Shown in pieces: positions 1-11,316 of a stretch of 64,000 bases of DNA. The stretch spans positions 186,025 to 250,024 of the forward strand of contig WELA01000963.1 of assembly GCA_009602735.1 (NCBI GenBank), given 5' to 3'. The stretch is from Mesotaenium endlicherianum. Taxonomy: Eukaryota. Position numbers and translations under genes: made by a program. The notes beneath the pieces are model-generated. The model was not told the origin of the DNA. It ran no database searches and was given only the letters and a program-made list of their open reading frames with translations. Numbering within the stretch: position 1 is the stretch's first letter; each line of letters begins with the position of its first letter.

Positions 1-2
1 AC

Positions 3-158
3 GGCGTGGTGCCGGAGGTCTCGGCGCTGCTGGAGGGCGCGCATAACGTGGTGCTTCACGGCGTCTACCACTCGCCCGTGGGCGCGCAGGAGGGCGGCCG
101 GCCCTGGTACGGCTCCAGGGGAGTGCTGGACCAGTGGGTGCACCATCTCCTGGAGTAG
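3..158 (+). CDS. 3' terminal part of an alpha/beta-hydrolase (PGAP1/lipase-like, similar to Arabidopsis At5g17670 as recalled); 5' part lies outside the window
   Basis: Frame from nt 3 reads GVVPEVSALLEGAHNVVLHGVYHSPVGAQEGGRPWYGSRGVLDQWVHHLLE*, with TAG at 156-158. The (D)GVVP...GVYHSPVG...RPWYGS pattern carries the catalytic Asp/His region of this plant/cyanobacterial family. High GC3. Confidence 0.8.
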   Translation, partial: GVVPEVSALLEGAHNVVLHGVYHSPVGAQEGGRPWYGSRGVLDQWVHHLLE

Positions 159-958
159 TCTCGGCCTGCCAACCTGCCGCTGCTGCTGCTGGGCTGGTGC
201 CGCTGCAGCTTCTGCAAAACGCTTACCAGCACATTGCTGGCTGGCTGACTGACTTGATCTGCCTGCCTTGCTCTCGAGAGCGGGCATCTCGCCCTCGATG
301 GCCCACATCGGAGCCTCAGCGACGCACAAGAGATGGGAGTACATTGATACGGGCTGTACTTTTGTTGATGTTAGGCTATGTAGTGTCATTCTTGAAATGC
401 TGCACACAGTTGGTTGGGCAGAATATGGGAGCCCCCACTCGATTGTGACGTATCCGCATCTTTCACTGATACAAGCCAGGCGCTGTAGATATGGACAGTT
501 CCGGTGCATCACCTCCTCAAGTATGTATTCCTAGTCATTGTAACCTTAGGGCGCAAGCATATATGTATCATTAAGCGAGGGGCCTGGAAGAGGCTGTTGC
601 TGAGACTATCCTGCCATGCACTAATCCGGTGTGAATTGATACTCCAGTGAAAAAGATACCAGCAAGCTCAAAAAGGACATAGAGGATACTGGAATGGCAA
701 CCCCTCCCATGCCCTGTGGTAATTGCAGGTCATATTCAGAACGATGATACAGAGATTTGCCAATTGCCTGGCCGTTGGACTTGTGTGGTCCACAAGCGTA
801 TAACAAAGGAGCCATCTACCCCCCTTGTATTTTTTAGCTTCATGATTCTTGCGCTACACAACATGCCGTACGCGGTCAACAGACGTATGTACAGTGGTGT
901 TGGTGACAGTCAACGCGCGGGCCACTGGTTTTCAACACGTGGTGCGCCAAGGACCGGG

Positions 959-3900
959 TCACTGGAGCTCGCCAATTGGCGCTTCGGAGAGCCAAAGATC
1001 GTGGATGTAGGAGTAGAGGTTGGCAGTCACGCTGACCTGCTCTCCTCGCACACCAACAAGCCGACTTTGAATCAGGTCAAAGTATGCCATCTTTGTACAT
1101 ACACATACTACTGACAGCCTATTTACACACACACATCACTCTGGAAGCTCACTTGGAACCCCCCACATGCACACTCCTTCACAAGCACAACCTGCCCCGA
1201 TCTGACCAACAATTGAGGGCACACCTGAGACTGAGCCTAGCACCAGTCTCCCCATCATGGAGCCACGCACACCCCACCCGCACCCCCACAAGCACGCGCA
1301 CGCCCAGTTTGAAAGGCCGTCCACAGAGCTCAACCTGAGACTTCAATTGCGTGGAACACAGTACGCGGCCACATGAAGTGCCAGAGGCACTGCATTGCAC
1401 GCACGCATGCCATAAGCTCGAACATGTTAGTGGAGTTGGAGTCCTAGGAAGGTGCACGTGCGCATGCACGCGTGCCTACAAGGCGGACGGCAGGGGAGCC
1501 CGGCCCACCTTGTAGGGGGTGGGATTGACGCTGCTGCGGATGTGGTCGGGCCGCATGGCCTTGAGCTGCGCCGCGCAGTGCTGCTTCAGATCTTTCAGGC
1601 TCGGCAGCGGCGCCTCCTCCTCGCCTGCCCCACACACCCGCACCACGCAACCGAGCGGCCGCCGCTCGATTCACTCGTGACCGCATGCACCCGAAGGCAA
1701 TCAGGAAAAGCACGCGCTACCTTCATGTAGACATGCACGTAGCCGCTCGTACTTTCGTATACACGCGCAGATTGCGCAGATTCATGCATACATGCATGCA
1801 CACGTGGCGCGAGCACGCGGATGTACCCGAGTTGCCGGCCCAGTAGCAGCGGTAGAGCGGCTCCACGCGGTGCGGGACCACGTGCGCGCGCTTGGACTCA
1901 CTGAAGGGGTGCCGGCACAGTATTCTCTGCCCCGCCTGCTCTCCCTCGCCGGCCACACCACCAGCAGGTGTGAGCGTGCGACAGCTGCATGCATCTGGCC
2001 ACAGTGCCCCTTGGCCGGGCAAAAAGGGTGGGCCTACGGGCAGGCTAGTGAGTGCGGGTGAGAGCGCGTGAGCGATGGCAACAATGCCTGAAACTGCTAC
2101 AAGACACATGTGCATGGTGGCATTCATTGCACCCCCAAGACGGAGAGAGAGAGGAGACAAGGCGCCACTTGAGCTGCTCCCCTAGGTGGAGGCAGGCGGC
2201 GGGCGTGTGGCTCTAACCATAGGGCTTCCTGCTTCATACACAGCGGCCCGGCAGCACAGCGTCAACCAGCTCAGCAAAGCAGAGAGCAAGAGAAGACCCT
2301 CCGAGCGCAAGGGCTGTGCCTGCCAGCCACTTTCTTGCAGCGAGGAGGGGGCCATAGCTGCAGCCGCGGCAGGTGCCGCGCACGTCGGTCGAGCCCCTAG
2401 TGGTCCTTCGAGGGGACGCAACGACGACGGACATACTGGGAGGAGAAGTGTGCGGGGCCAGCCCAGGCAAGCGGAGCGAGCAAGCACGCAAGCGAGAGCG
2501 CAGGCGAGGGTGAGGCACCTTGGGAGGGGGGTCGGAGCTGTTGGCGAGAAGGTCCACGAGCGCGTAGCCCTCCTTGCCGTACAGTCGGTACACGTTCTTC
2601 TTGCCCGGGATTGTCACCTGTTCCCCCCACCCTCGTGAGCGTTGCCGCCCTGGCCCTGGCCCTCAACTCCCCTCCTCACCCTCTCCCTCCTCTGCAGAGC
2701 CCTTGCCGAGAACCCTAAACCCCTGCGCTTTGCAACGAGCACCGTGCCGTTTACAGCAACCGCATCCACACGGGTGCCAAGGAGAAAAAGAGCGTGGTGC
2801 TCCAGCCAAGCAAGCAGCAAAGGCTACAAGCACATCTCCGGGAAGACCAGCAGCAGGACCGGGCCAGAAGGGCCGGGAGAGCAGAGGGAGCAGTGGACAG
2901 AGACAGGAGGGGGGGAGGGGCGAGGGGNNNNNNNNNNNNNNNNNNNNNNNNNNNNNNNNNNNNNNNNNNNNNNNNNNNNNNNNNNNNNNNNNNNNNNNNN
3001 NNNNNNNNNNNNNNNNNNNNNNNNNNNNNNNNNNNNNNNNNNNNNNNNNNNNNNNNNNNNNNNNNNNNNNNNNNNNNNNNNNNNNNNNNNNNNNNNNNNN
3101 NNNNNNNNNNNNNNNNNNNNNNNNNNNNNNNNNNNNNNNNNNNNNNNNNNNNNNNNNNNNNNNNNNNNNNNNNNGGGGCGAGGGGGGGAGGGGCGGGCGG
3201 GCGGGCTGCGACCTTCTCAATGTCTTCCGAGAGCTTGATGCGCGGCTGCCCGTTGATCTCCACCAGCTTGTACACGCCGCCCAGCGCCGGCTGCCGCGCG
3301 CACGTCACCAGGTGCGTCCCCACGCCGAACGCGTCAATCTCGTGGCCCTGCAGCGTTGCCCCCCCGCGCACGCACGTACGCACACGCGCAGGCAGTCAGG
3401 CACGCACGCACGCACGCAAGCACGCAGGTAGGCAGGCAGACGTGTATATCACAGGAAGAGACGCGCTCGTAGCCCTGCCTGCCCAGCAGGCGCGCGGGCG
3501 CACCACGTCACACAAAAGGCTTAGCCGCGGCCCTACCTGCTCAGGACAGGCAAGGCAGGCGCGCAGGCGAGCACACGTGCACGCTCGTTGCGCCGCCAGC
3601 TTGGCTCCTAAGGTCCACGGCGTTCGCTTCCTTGCGAGGCCAGCACCAAGCGGCACCTCTCACCTCCTCCGCGAGAGAGAGGGATAAAGACACGCCATCG
3701 GCTGCAACACAGATGTGCACGCGCGCGCGTGCATTGGGCGCCAAGGAGGAGGGAAGATGCCCCCTGTGTCCTCTCCCAGCCTCGGGAGGCCACCCTCCTG
3801 GGTAGTCCACTCTCTAGACCCGTACAAACGGCACCTGCTCTCGTACGGGAGAGTCATGCAATGACGGAACAGAGGAGGACATGCCACGTGGCTCAATCCC

Positions 3901-4492
3901 GTGCGTTCGTCCGGAACCAGAAGCGGGAGGGTGCCCTTCTCAGCCCATCTCACACCGCACGAGAGCCTCTCTCAAGGGGCGCACCGCCGGGGCTGGGGGA
4001 CAATTAGGGTTAGGGCTGTTTGTGTTCCTGAGATTTATGGCATGCCTTTCAACACACTGCTCGCACCTCAGATCCTCCATGCCCCAACATCCGTGTCCGC
4101 CAATAGCAGCATTGCCAGCGGGGATGCTCGGCAGAGGGACAGGGAACAGGAGACACGGGACAGGGGACAGGGGACACCAGACAGGGGCTGCGACAAAACG
4201 AAGATGGAGGGGGGGAGACGGCGGACCTGCTTGTTGAAGGCGTCCAAAGTCTCCTCGTTGATCTCGCTGCTGGCCGTGATGCTGGTGCGCTCGAAGCCCG
4301 CCACCTGGAAGTGCGCGGCCACATGGCGGAAGAAGGCGCGCGTCTGCTGCGACAGGTAGGGCAGGTCGCCCGAGTCCAGCCGCACGCCCAGCGCCTTGTA
4401 CCTGCCCCTCTTCGCCCCCCCACCCCCATGCAGTCAGGACTATGGCCCCGTGTGCACAGTGCCAGGAAAGAGGGCCAACACTCACACACTCA

Positions 4493-4535
<43 letters not shown>

Positions 4536-7500
4536 AGAGAGACAAAGAGAGAGAGAAAGCGAGAGGCACAAAGAGCGCTTCCTCTCTCTCCCCCTCTCAC
4601 TCACTGTCTCACTCTCTCTCTCTCTGCCAAGTCGATCGGCGACTCCTGCACACACAACGCACGAGCGCAACAGGCTGGCAATCACAAAAGCATGCGATAT
4701 GCAGAGAAGTTTCAGGTCTGGTTCCCAGCTGCAAGATGCAGATGCTTTGCTCATTTCTGCAAAAGGAAGGCGTCCAATGTGTATCCCAGTACAAATTTAG
4801 AGCTTAAGGGCATAGTGTCACGCTTGTGGGGATTGAACAGGAGGGGAATGGACACTCCTGCTACTGGCTTATGCTCTGGCTGCTGCCTTCCAGCTTGTCC
4901 GGAGGCCCCAGCCCAGAGCAACATGATATGTGAAAGAAAGGGGGACCTTGACGGCAACCGTGTAGGAAGGAAGGTGGATGCGGCGTCTCACAATGATGAT
5001 GAGAATGTGAAGGAAGGAGATGCAGAGAGGGAAGCGGGCAGAGAGGGAGGGAGACGAGGAGGGGGGTGATGGAGAAAAGGACCAAGGGGGGGGGAAGGGG
5101 GGGGGGGGGAAGGTTTGTGCGCACCCGAGGTGGTGCAAGGCGAGGGCCACAGCGCAGAAGTTGGGCACGCCGCTCCTCATCACCTGCTCTCCCCTCCACC
5201 AGGTGTCCCCACCTCAGGCCACGTCAGTTCTCCACGTAGAGTAGCACCCGGCCTGTGGTGCCCCCTATGGCAGAGACGCGGCCCCTTTCACAATGTTGCC
5301 ACTCCAGCTGCGGTGCAAGTGTAGGAGTGGAAGCATGCAAGGGGCATGCAGCACCTCTGTTCTGCACCACTGGGAGGAGAGGAGACACACGGGCGGCCGT
5401 CCACACACACACACACACAGAGAGGAGAAAGAGGGAGAGGGAGAGGGAGAGAGAGAGAAAGAGAGAGGGAGCTGCCAGCAGCTGCCGCGGATTTAGCCGC
5501 CAGACAACGAGGAGGAGAGCAACAGGCGCGAGCGCGGGGGGACGAGGGCAATGAAGGGAAACAACAAGGAAGGGCAGGGCAGGGCAGGAAAGGGGCGGAG
5601 GCGCAGGCAGGCAGTACGTCGTAGGTGTCGACGAGCGCCTGGAAGGAGGAGGGGAAGGCGAGCGCGTAGGACGTGAAGGCGGCCAGCTCGCTGCTGTTGG
5701 TGTCGCTGAAATGCGCTCTCAGCTCCTCTACAGCCTGCCCCCCCNTGCCAGCGCCAGTGCCGCCGCTGTGGAGCGATAAGAGCAGCAGCAGCAGCAGCGC
5801 TTGCTGGACTTCCTCGGCGCCTTGCCCCTCCAATGCCAATGCCCGGGCCAGAGCTGAGCAGCAGCAGCAGCAGCACCTACCAGGGACCATCCGGGTGATG
5901 CCCCCCCTCGCACTTTCCGTCCTGTATGGACAGCAGCAAGGGGGGGCAAGGGGAGAGGGGAGAAGCTCACCAGCATCTGGGAGAGGTAGTGCTGCACCAG
6001 CGCAACAAAGTCGTCACAGGTGTCGGTGCCGTCTGCTGTCCTGAGGCTCCTGGTCTGGGTGTCCCCGAAGCACTGTGTCCAACTCCCCGCCCCCCACACG
6101 CCCCGCAAGCAGGCAGGCAGGCAGGCAGGCAAGCAGGCAGGCGGATGTCAGGCACTTTGGTGGGACAAGCTGGTCAAATTTGAGATGATACTGAGGACTG
6201 CAGGGGGAGAATGCTTGCTGACTGCCAGGACCTCCTCCCTTCTCTAAGGGGGGGCCGGGAAGAGCAGAAAGGGGAGGAGGGGAGACTTACAACGAAGGAG
6301 GTGACAAAGGCGTGCGAGTGGGTGCCCTTGACGGGGATGCCAAACAGTCGCCCCGCCTCCACGTTGCTGCCGCACATCCTCCCTCCCCCACCCACCACCA
6401 AACAGCAACACCACAACGGAGGCCCCCCTGTTAGGCAGACAGACAGGCGCACAGGCAGGCAGGCAGGCAGGTGAGGAGGCAGATGTTCCGCACTTCTTGG
6501 ACGCAGCTTGACAGGTGGCGGAGGGTGGCAGGCAGCCAGCGGCAGGCGGTGCAAGGGAGGCAGTGCATTCGTCTTCACACGTCACAGAGTTGCTCAAGGA
6601 AGGAAGGGAGGGACGAGCCGCGGTTTTTGGGGCCAGCCGGGGCACGTGAAGCTGTTGCAACCCGGGCACCTGGCTTGACAGCTGTCCTATCCAATAGAGA
6701 CTGTCCAAAACCCGGGGGGAAGAGGGGGAGGGGCAATGCTGTGAAAGTGGGTGCCCTGTCCTGTGTGTCCCTCAGCCCTCAGTCAGGACGGCAGAGTAGA
6801 GGCGCAGGGGCAGGCAGGCAGGCAGGCAGCAGGCAGGCAGGCAGGCACCTGGTGCCGTCGAAGCCCCCGAGGTAGGTGTAGCGCGCCGCACTAATGCCTC
6901 CGTCGGGGCCCTGCCCCACGCCCACAGCAAGCACAGTCCTCAGCGCCCACCTTGCTGCTGGAGGTGGTGGCGGCACGTGGCAGGAGGGGCACATGCAGCT
7001 CTGCTCATCTTCTGCCTGGCATCCCAAGCCCTCCGTTGCCAGCTGGCCGCGCAGAGAGCCCCCCCAAGTCCAGCCCCGGGCGGGGAGAGTACAGCCTGCT
7101 GCATGCCCCCACCCCCACCGGCATCCGTTGCCTCCAGACAGCAGCACCGCGCACATGACGGCGCTGGTGCCACTGATTGGAGAGCCTCCGTGCACCCTGC
7201 TGCGCACCATCTGCGGATCCAGCGGCGCCATCTGTGCTCTCTTACATCCATGGCAGACTCCGACACTGGGAGGGAGGCGAGCGGCTACGGGGGCAGCGGG
7301 GGAGGGGGAGNNNNNNNNNNNNNNNNNNNNNNNNNNNNNNNNNNNNNNNNNNNNNNNNNNNNNNNNNNNNNNNNNNNNNNNNNNNNNNNNNNNNNNNNNN
7401 NNNNNNNNNNNNNNNNNNNNNNNNNNNNNNNNNNNNNNNNNNNNNNNNNNNNNNNNNNNNNNNNNNNNNNNNNNNNNNNNNNNNNNNNNNNNNNNNNNNN

Positions 7501-10500
7501 NNNNNNNNNNNNNNNNNNNNNNNNNNNNNNNNNNNNNNNNNNNNNNNNNNNNNNNNNNNNNNNNNNNNNNNNNNNNNNNNNNNNNNNNNNNNNNNNNNNN
7601 NNNNNNNNNNNNNNNNNNNNNNNNNNNNNNNNNNNNNNNNNNNNNNNNNNNNNNNNNNNNNNNNNNNNNNNNNNNNNNNNNNNNNNNNNNNNNNNNNNNN
7701 NNNNNNNNNNNNNNNNNNNNNNNNNNNNNNNNNNNNNNNNNNNNNNNNNNNNNNNNNNNNNNNNNNNNNNNNNNNNNNNNNNNNNNNNNNNNNNNNNNNN
7801 NNNNNNNNNNNNNNNNNNNNNNNNNNNNNNNNNNNNNNNNNNNNNNNNNNNNNNNNNNNNNNNNNNNNNNNNNNNNNNNNNNNNNNNNNNNNNNNNNNNN
7901 NNNNNNNNNNNNNNNNNNNNNNNNNNNNNNNNNNNNNNNNNNNNNNNNNNNNNNNNNNNNNNNNNNNNNNNNNNNNNNNNNNNNNNNNNNNNNNNNNNNN
8001 NNNNNNNNNNNNGGGGGAGGGAGGGGGGGCCATGGGAGGGGACATGGGGAGGGGACACACACCTGCGCTCGGCGGAGGCCGAACTCAAACAGCATCTTGT
8101 CGGGCCCCGCGACCAGCCGGTGGCGGGCGGCGTTTGTGGCCACGAGCGACGAATAGTTGACAAGTGTCAGGAACACGGTCTCCAGCAGCTGCACCACCTG
8201 CTCTTCCAGACAGCCCCCATCCCCCGTCCCCAATCCCCCTGGCTTTATTCCTCTGCACGCAGCCAGGCGCTACCGCACCGCCCCTCCTTCCCCCGTCCCT
8301 CCCTCCATCCCTCTCCAGCTCACTCGCTCATTCGCTCATCCCCTCATTTCTGTGTGAGGCACAGCCTGTGTACGCACTCTTAAAGGCAAGTGTGCGTCTC
8401 CATGTTGCATGTCCGGAGAGCGGTGCGTGCCCAGACCTGGACGTGCCCTCTCGCTCCAGTACCCCGTTCCCACCCGCGAAAGAGGTGCCCCAGAAACTTT
8501 GCCATATCTACAAGAACAAGTCCGCATTTTTACGAACCCACTACCCCCCCGGCCTTCGGCGCTCGTCGTCTCCCGTGGAGAGATTGCCAACACTTATTCT
8601 CGCGCGTAGCGTAAGAACTCTCATGCAATGCCAAGCACTGCCGTACGAGTCGGGATCAGNACACCACAGAGCCCTCTCCGATGGCGTCGATGCGCACCCT
8701 CTCGCAGTCCAGGCCCAGCAGGTACTCGTAGAACTCCGCCTGCTCCCTCCGCGGCACGCACCACGCACCCCGCCACGAGAGCGAGACACGTGTCAGAGCC
8801 TGCAGGCGTGTCTTGCCTCAGGGAGGGTGGGCCGCGGGAAGTGCACGAGTAGGGCAGGCGCTCCCTCTCCCCACGCCGCCGCCACTGCCTGCGTGTGATG
8901 CTTTCAGAGAGCGCGACGAGTGTAGACAGCTGGCAAGCTGTCGGACGGCGAGAAGGCACAGTGACAATTCTGCTGCTGCATGTATGGGTGGAAGGCTCAC
9001 GGCCCGCCACCTCACTAGCAAAGTGTGGCGTTGGGCACTTGACCCCTGACTGTCGAGCGGGTGTGAAGCCGGCAGAAAGATGTGAGCGTTTGCAATGCCG
9101 GCTCTCCCTTTCAGCTTCTCCACCACCTCATTGTTGCCTCCACCCGAATTGGACTGTGGAAGACGCCAAGGCGATCCGCCTTGAGCTCCTCCCCCACTCA
9201 CGGAGAGCCTCGCTTATTCTTTCCCCCAGAAAGAGAAGATAACCTTGGCCAAGGGTGCTGCACACACACACGTGGGGAAATGGAGATGGGTGCAGGGGCG
9301 TCTGGGGCGGAAACTATGGGCGAGATTGGGTCAGAAACTCGCTCGTGCCTTCCTCGTCAAACCTGGTCCGCTCTCTGCAGCGCTGCCAACGGGGCTCTCA
9401 GAGGCCGGCACGGCAGCCCTGCACCGTCAGGCCCGCCGCCCCGAAGGAGGAAGGCAGGAAGGACAAGGCCACGGCTACGGCCACGGCCATGGCTGGTACC
9501 TCGCAGTGCGGGGGCAGAACGCTCTTGAGGTACTCGATGTCGGCTTCAGAGAAGCGGAAGTTGGCGGCCCAGCGGATGCACTCCTCCAGGCCGGCAAAGA
9601 TGGTGAACTCCCCTCCGAACGGGTTCTTGCGGTGGAGCAGGTCAAAGCTGCAGGCCCGCCCGGCAGGCAGCCCATCCCGGACAATGCATGGGCAGGGGCA
9701 GGCTGGTGTGTGAGGACTACTACTGCCAGCTGGCTGACGGTCGGCTGCCGTCCGCTTGCCCTGCTAGGGGACTGACTGCCCTGTGGGGTAGCTGCTGGTG
9801 ACAGCTGCCCTCTCCCGAAGAGCGGGTGCATGCATGTGTGGGCATGCACAGGTGCATGCATGTTTGCGCTCTGCGGAGCTCGCTGGGGTACACCAGACAG
9901 GACGGACTCAGGCCTGTCATTGTGTTGGAGTTATCAGAGGTGAATGATGGATGGCTTCTCTCTCAAGAAAGCCCGCCATGCATGCATTTCTAGAAAAAGA
10001 CAGATCACTGATACAATGGAGAGGCACAAGCACACTTGTCCCAGTTCTGGTCGCTTTGGTCATTGATTGTCACCCCCCACCTCCCCCCAAGGTGGACACT
10101 TGTCCCATGTATGACAAGGTGCTGCTTATGTCACCAGCTTGGTCTTATCACAGTACCACACATGGGAGGGTGGAAAATGACACAGCTATCGGCCAAGATG
10201 GGCGGAAGAGGTGTCAGCCTTTACGTCACATTCTACATGATACTTGTAGGAGCATGTCAGAGGTAAAGAAAGCTCCTTACACAGCAATTTCGTCCTGCTT
10301 CCCGGCCTTCCAGTAAGCGTAAGCCATTGTCAGCTGGTACATGTCGGTCAGCAGGGAATTGACCATGGGGTTTGTGGGAGGTCCGAGCTTTTTGGGAGAG
10401 TAGCCATTGCTGACAGGTGGAACGTCCACTTGGCCTCTGCTCGTCAATGTGGGATAACTCAAATACGGGAACGAGTCTTCAACTCCCTTTGGTGCTTCAC

Positions 10501-10510
10501 TTCGTTCCAT
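959..10510 (-). CDS. NAPRT: Nicotinate phosphoribosyltransferase, 15 visible exons; part of one exon lost at a single-N junction
   Basis: GT-AG exons: 10281-10510, 9500-9647, 8661-8739 (cut by N at 8660), 8063-8197, 6849-6910, 6291-6366, 5971-6072, 5618-5734, 5125-5183, 4227-4401, 3213-3347, 2519-2617, 1827-1935, 1509-1624, 959-1036. Motifs: [70 protein letters not shown]-terminal [12 protein letters not shown]. Confidence 0.95.
4497..4625. repeat. Compound (CA)n-(GA)n microsatellite followed by (CT)n-rich tract, NAPRT intron
   Basis: Directly visible dinucleotide runs. Confidence 0.95.
6811..6846. repeat. (GCAG)n tetranucleotide repeat, read as (CUGC)n right after a NAPRT donor site; similar runs at ~6107-6141 and ~6452-6471
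   Basis: caggcaggcaggcaggcagcaggcaggcaggcaggc is directly visible. Confidence 0.9.
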
Positions 10511-11316
10511 AATCCCGTCACTGTAAAGAGATTCCACGAAAAATGTAGGAACTTTACGGTCCCAATTCAGGAGTAAACACTACCTTTCTTGGAAGCAGAT
10601 TCCCTCCTCCACCTTCAAAACTTCGTCAAGGCAAAGCAGGGCTGGTAGGCGGGAAACATATTTCATGTGACAATAATGACCTTTCCCATGAGCTTATGTG
10701 ACTGAAGGGAGTGCGGTTGAAGAGCTAAATGGTATCCTGAGTATCAGTGTATACAATCACGAGAGCTGGAGAAAGTTTCACCAAGTGGACGCGTGCATGG
10801 CTCCCTCCAACTTTTAAAAAAGCGCTGAAACGATGGGTCCACTTCGGTCATCGGACAAAAGTTGAATGCTGAAGTCCTGACGTCATACGCATTTTCACGC
10901 TAGCTAGAACCCTGTACCATGTTACAACCCCTTGGTACAGTTCGTACTCCTAGAAAACCCCTCTTCACCGTCATTTCACACAAAATACGAGAAAGTCCGC
11001 GCTTCGATTTGACTTAGCCAGAACTGAGCCAGAAGCTCGCGGGTGCACCCGTTATTGTAAGCAGCCATCAAGCTACACAGCCCTTCACTTCAATCGTATT
11101 GCATGCGGTAGCACTTCCATCACCCTTTATTCTTGTCACGACAGTACGCATGTGGCACCTATCCCTTCGCCTACTTCTACTTTCTTGGCATATATCTCTT
11201 TCCATTTTTTGACATCCAAAAGCTCTATATTTTCATGCGCCAAACTCGTTGCCCTTTCGTTATTAGACTCTGTACGTGTCTTGTGGATTGCAGTGGAAGT
11301 AGAAGCTTGAGCGAAA
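10511..11316. promoter_or_regulatory. Putative bidirectional promoter between NAPRT and RRP9, containing a TGACGTCA palindrome at 10878-10885
   Basis: Head-to-head ATGs about 800 bp apart, microsatellite-free, lower GC. TGACGTCA is the bZIP C-box/CRE consensus. Function is inferred only. Confidence 0.45.

Noticed and set aside
2711..4016. Telomere-like fragments (AACCCTAAACCC at ~2711, TTAGGGTTAGGG at ~4004)
   Set aside because: Only one or two units each, in G/C-rich introns; not enough for an interstitial telomere.
8600..8661. NAPRT appears to lack the conserved FPxxPLxRxEGP segment (possible pseudogene)
   Set aside because: The exon is cut exactly at a single N (8660) and all other exons are intact, so an assembly junction explains it.
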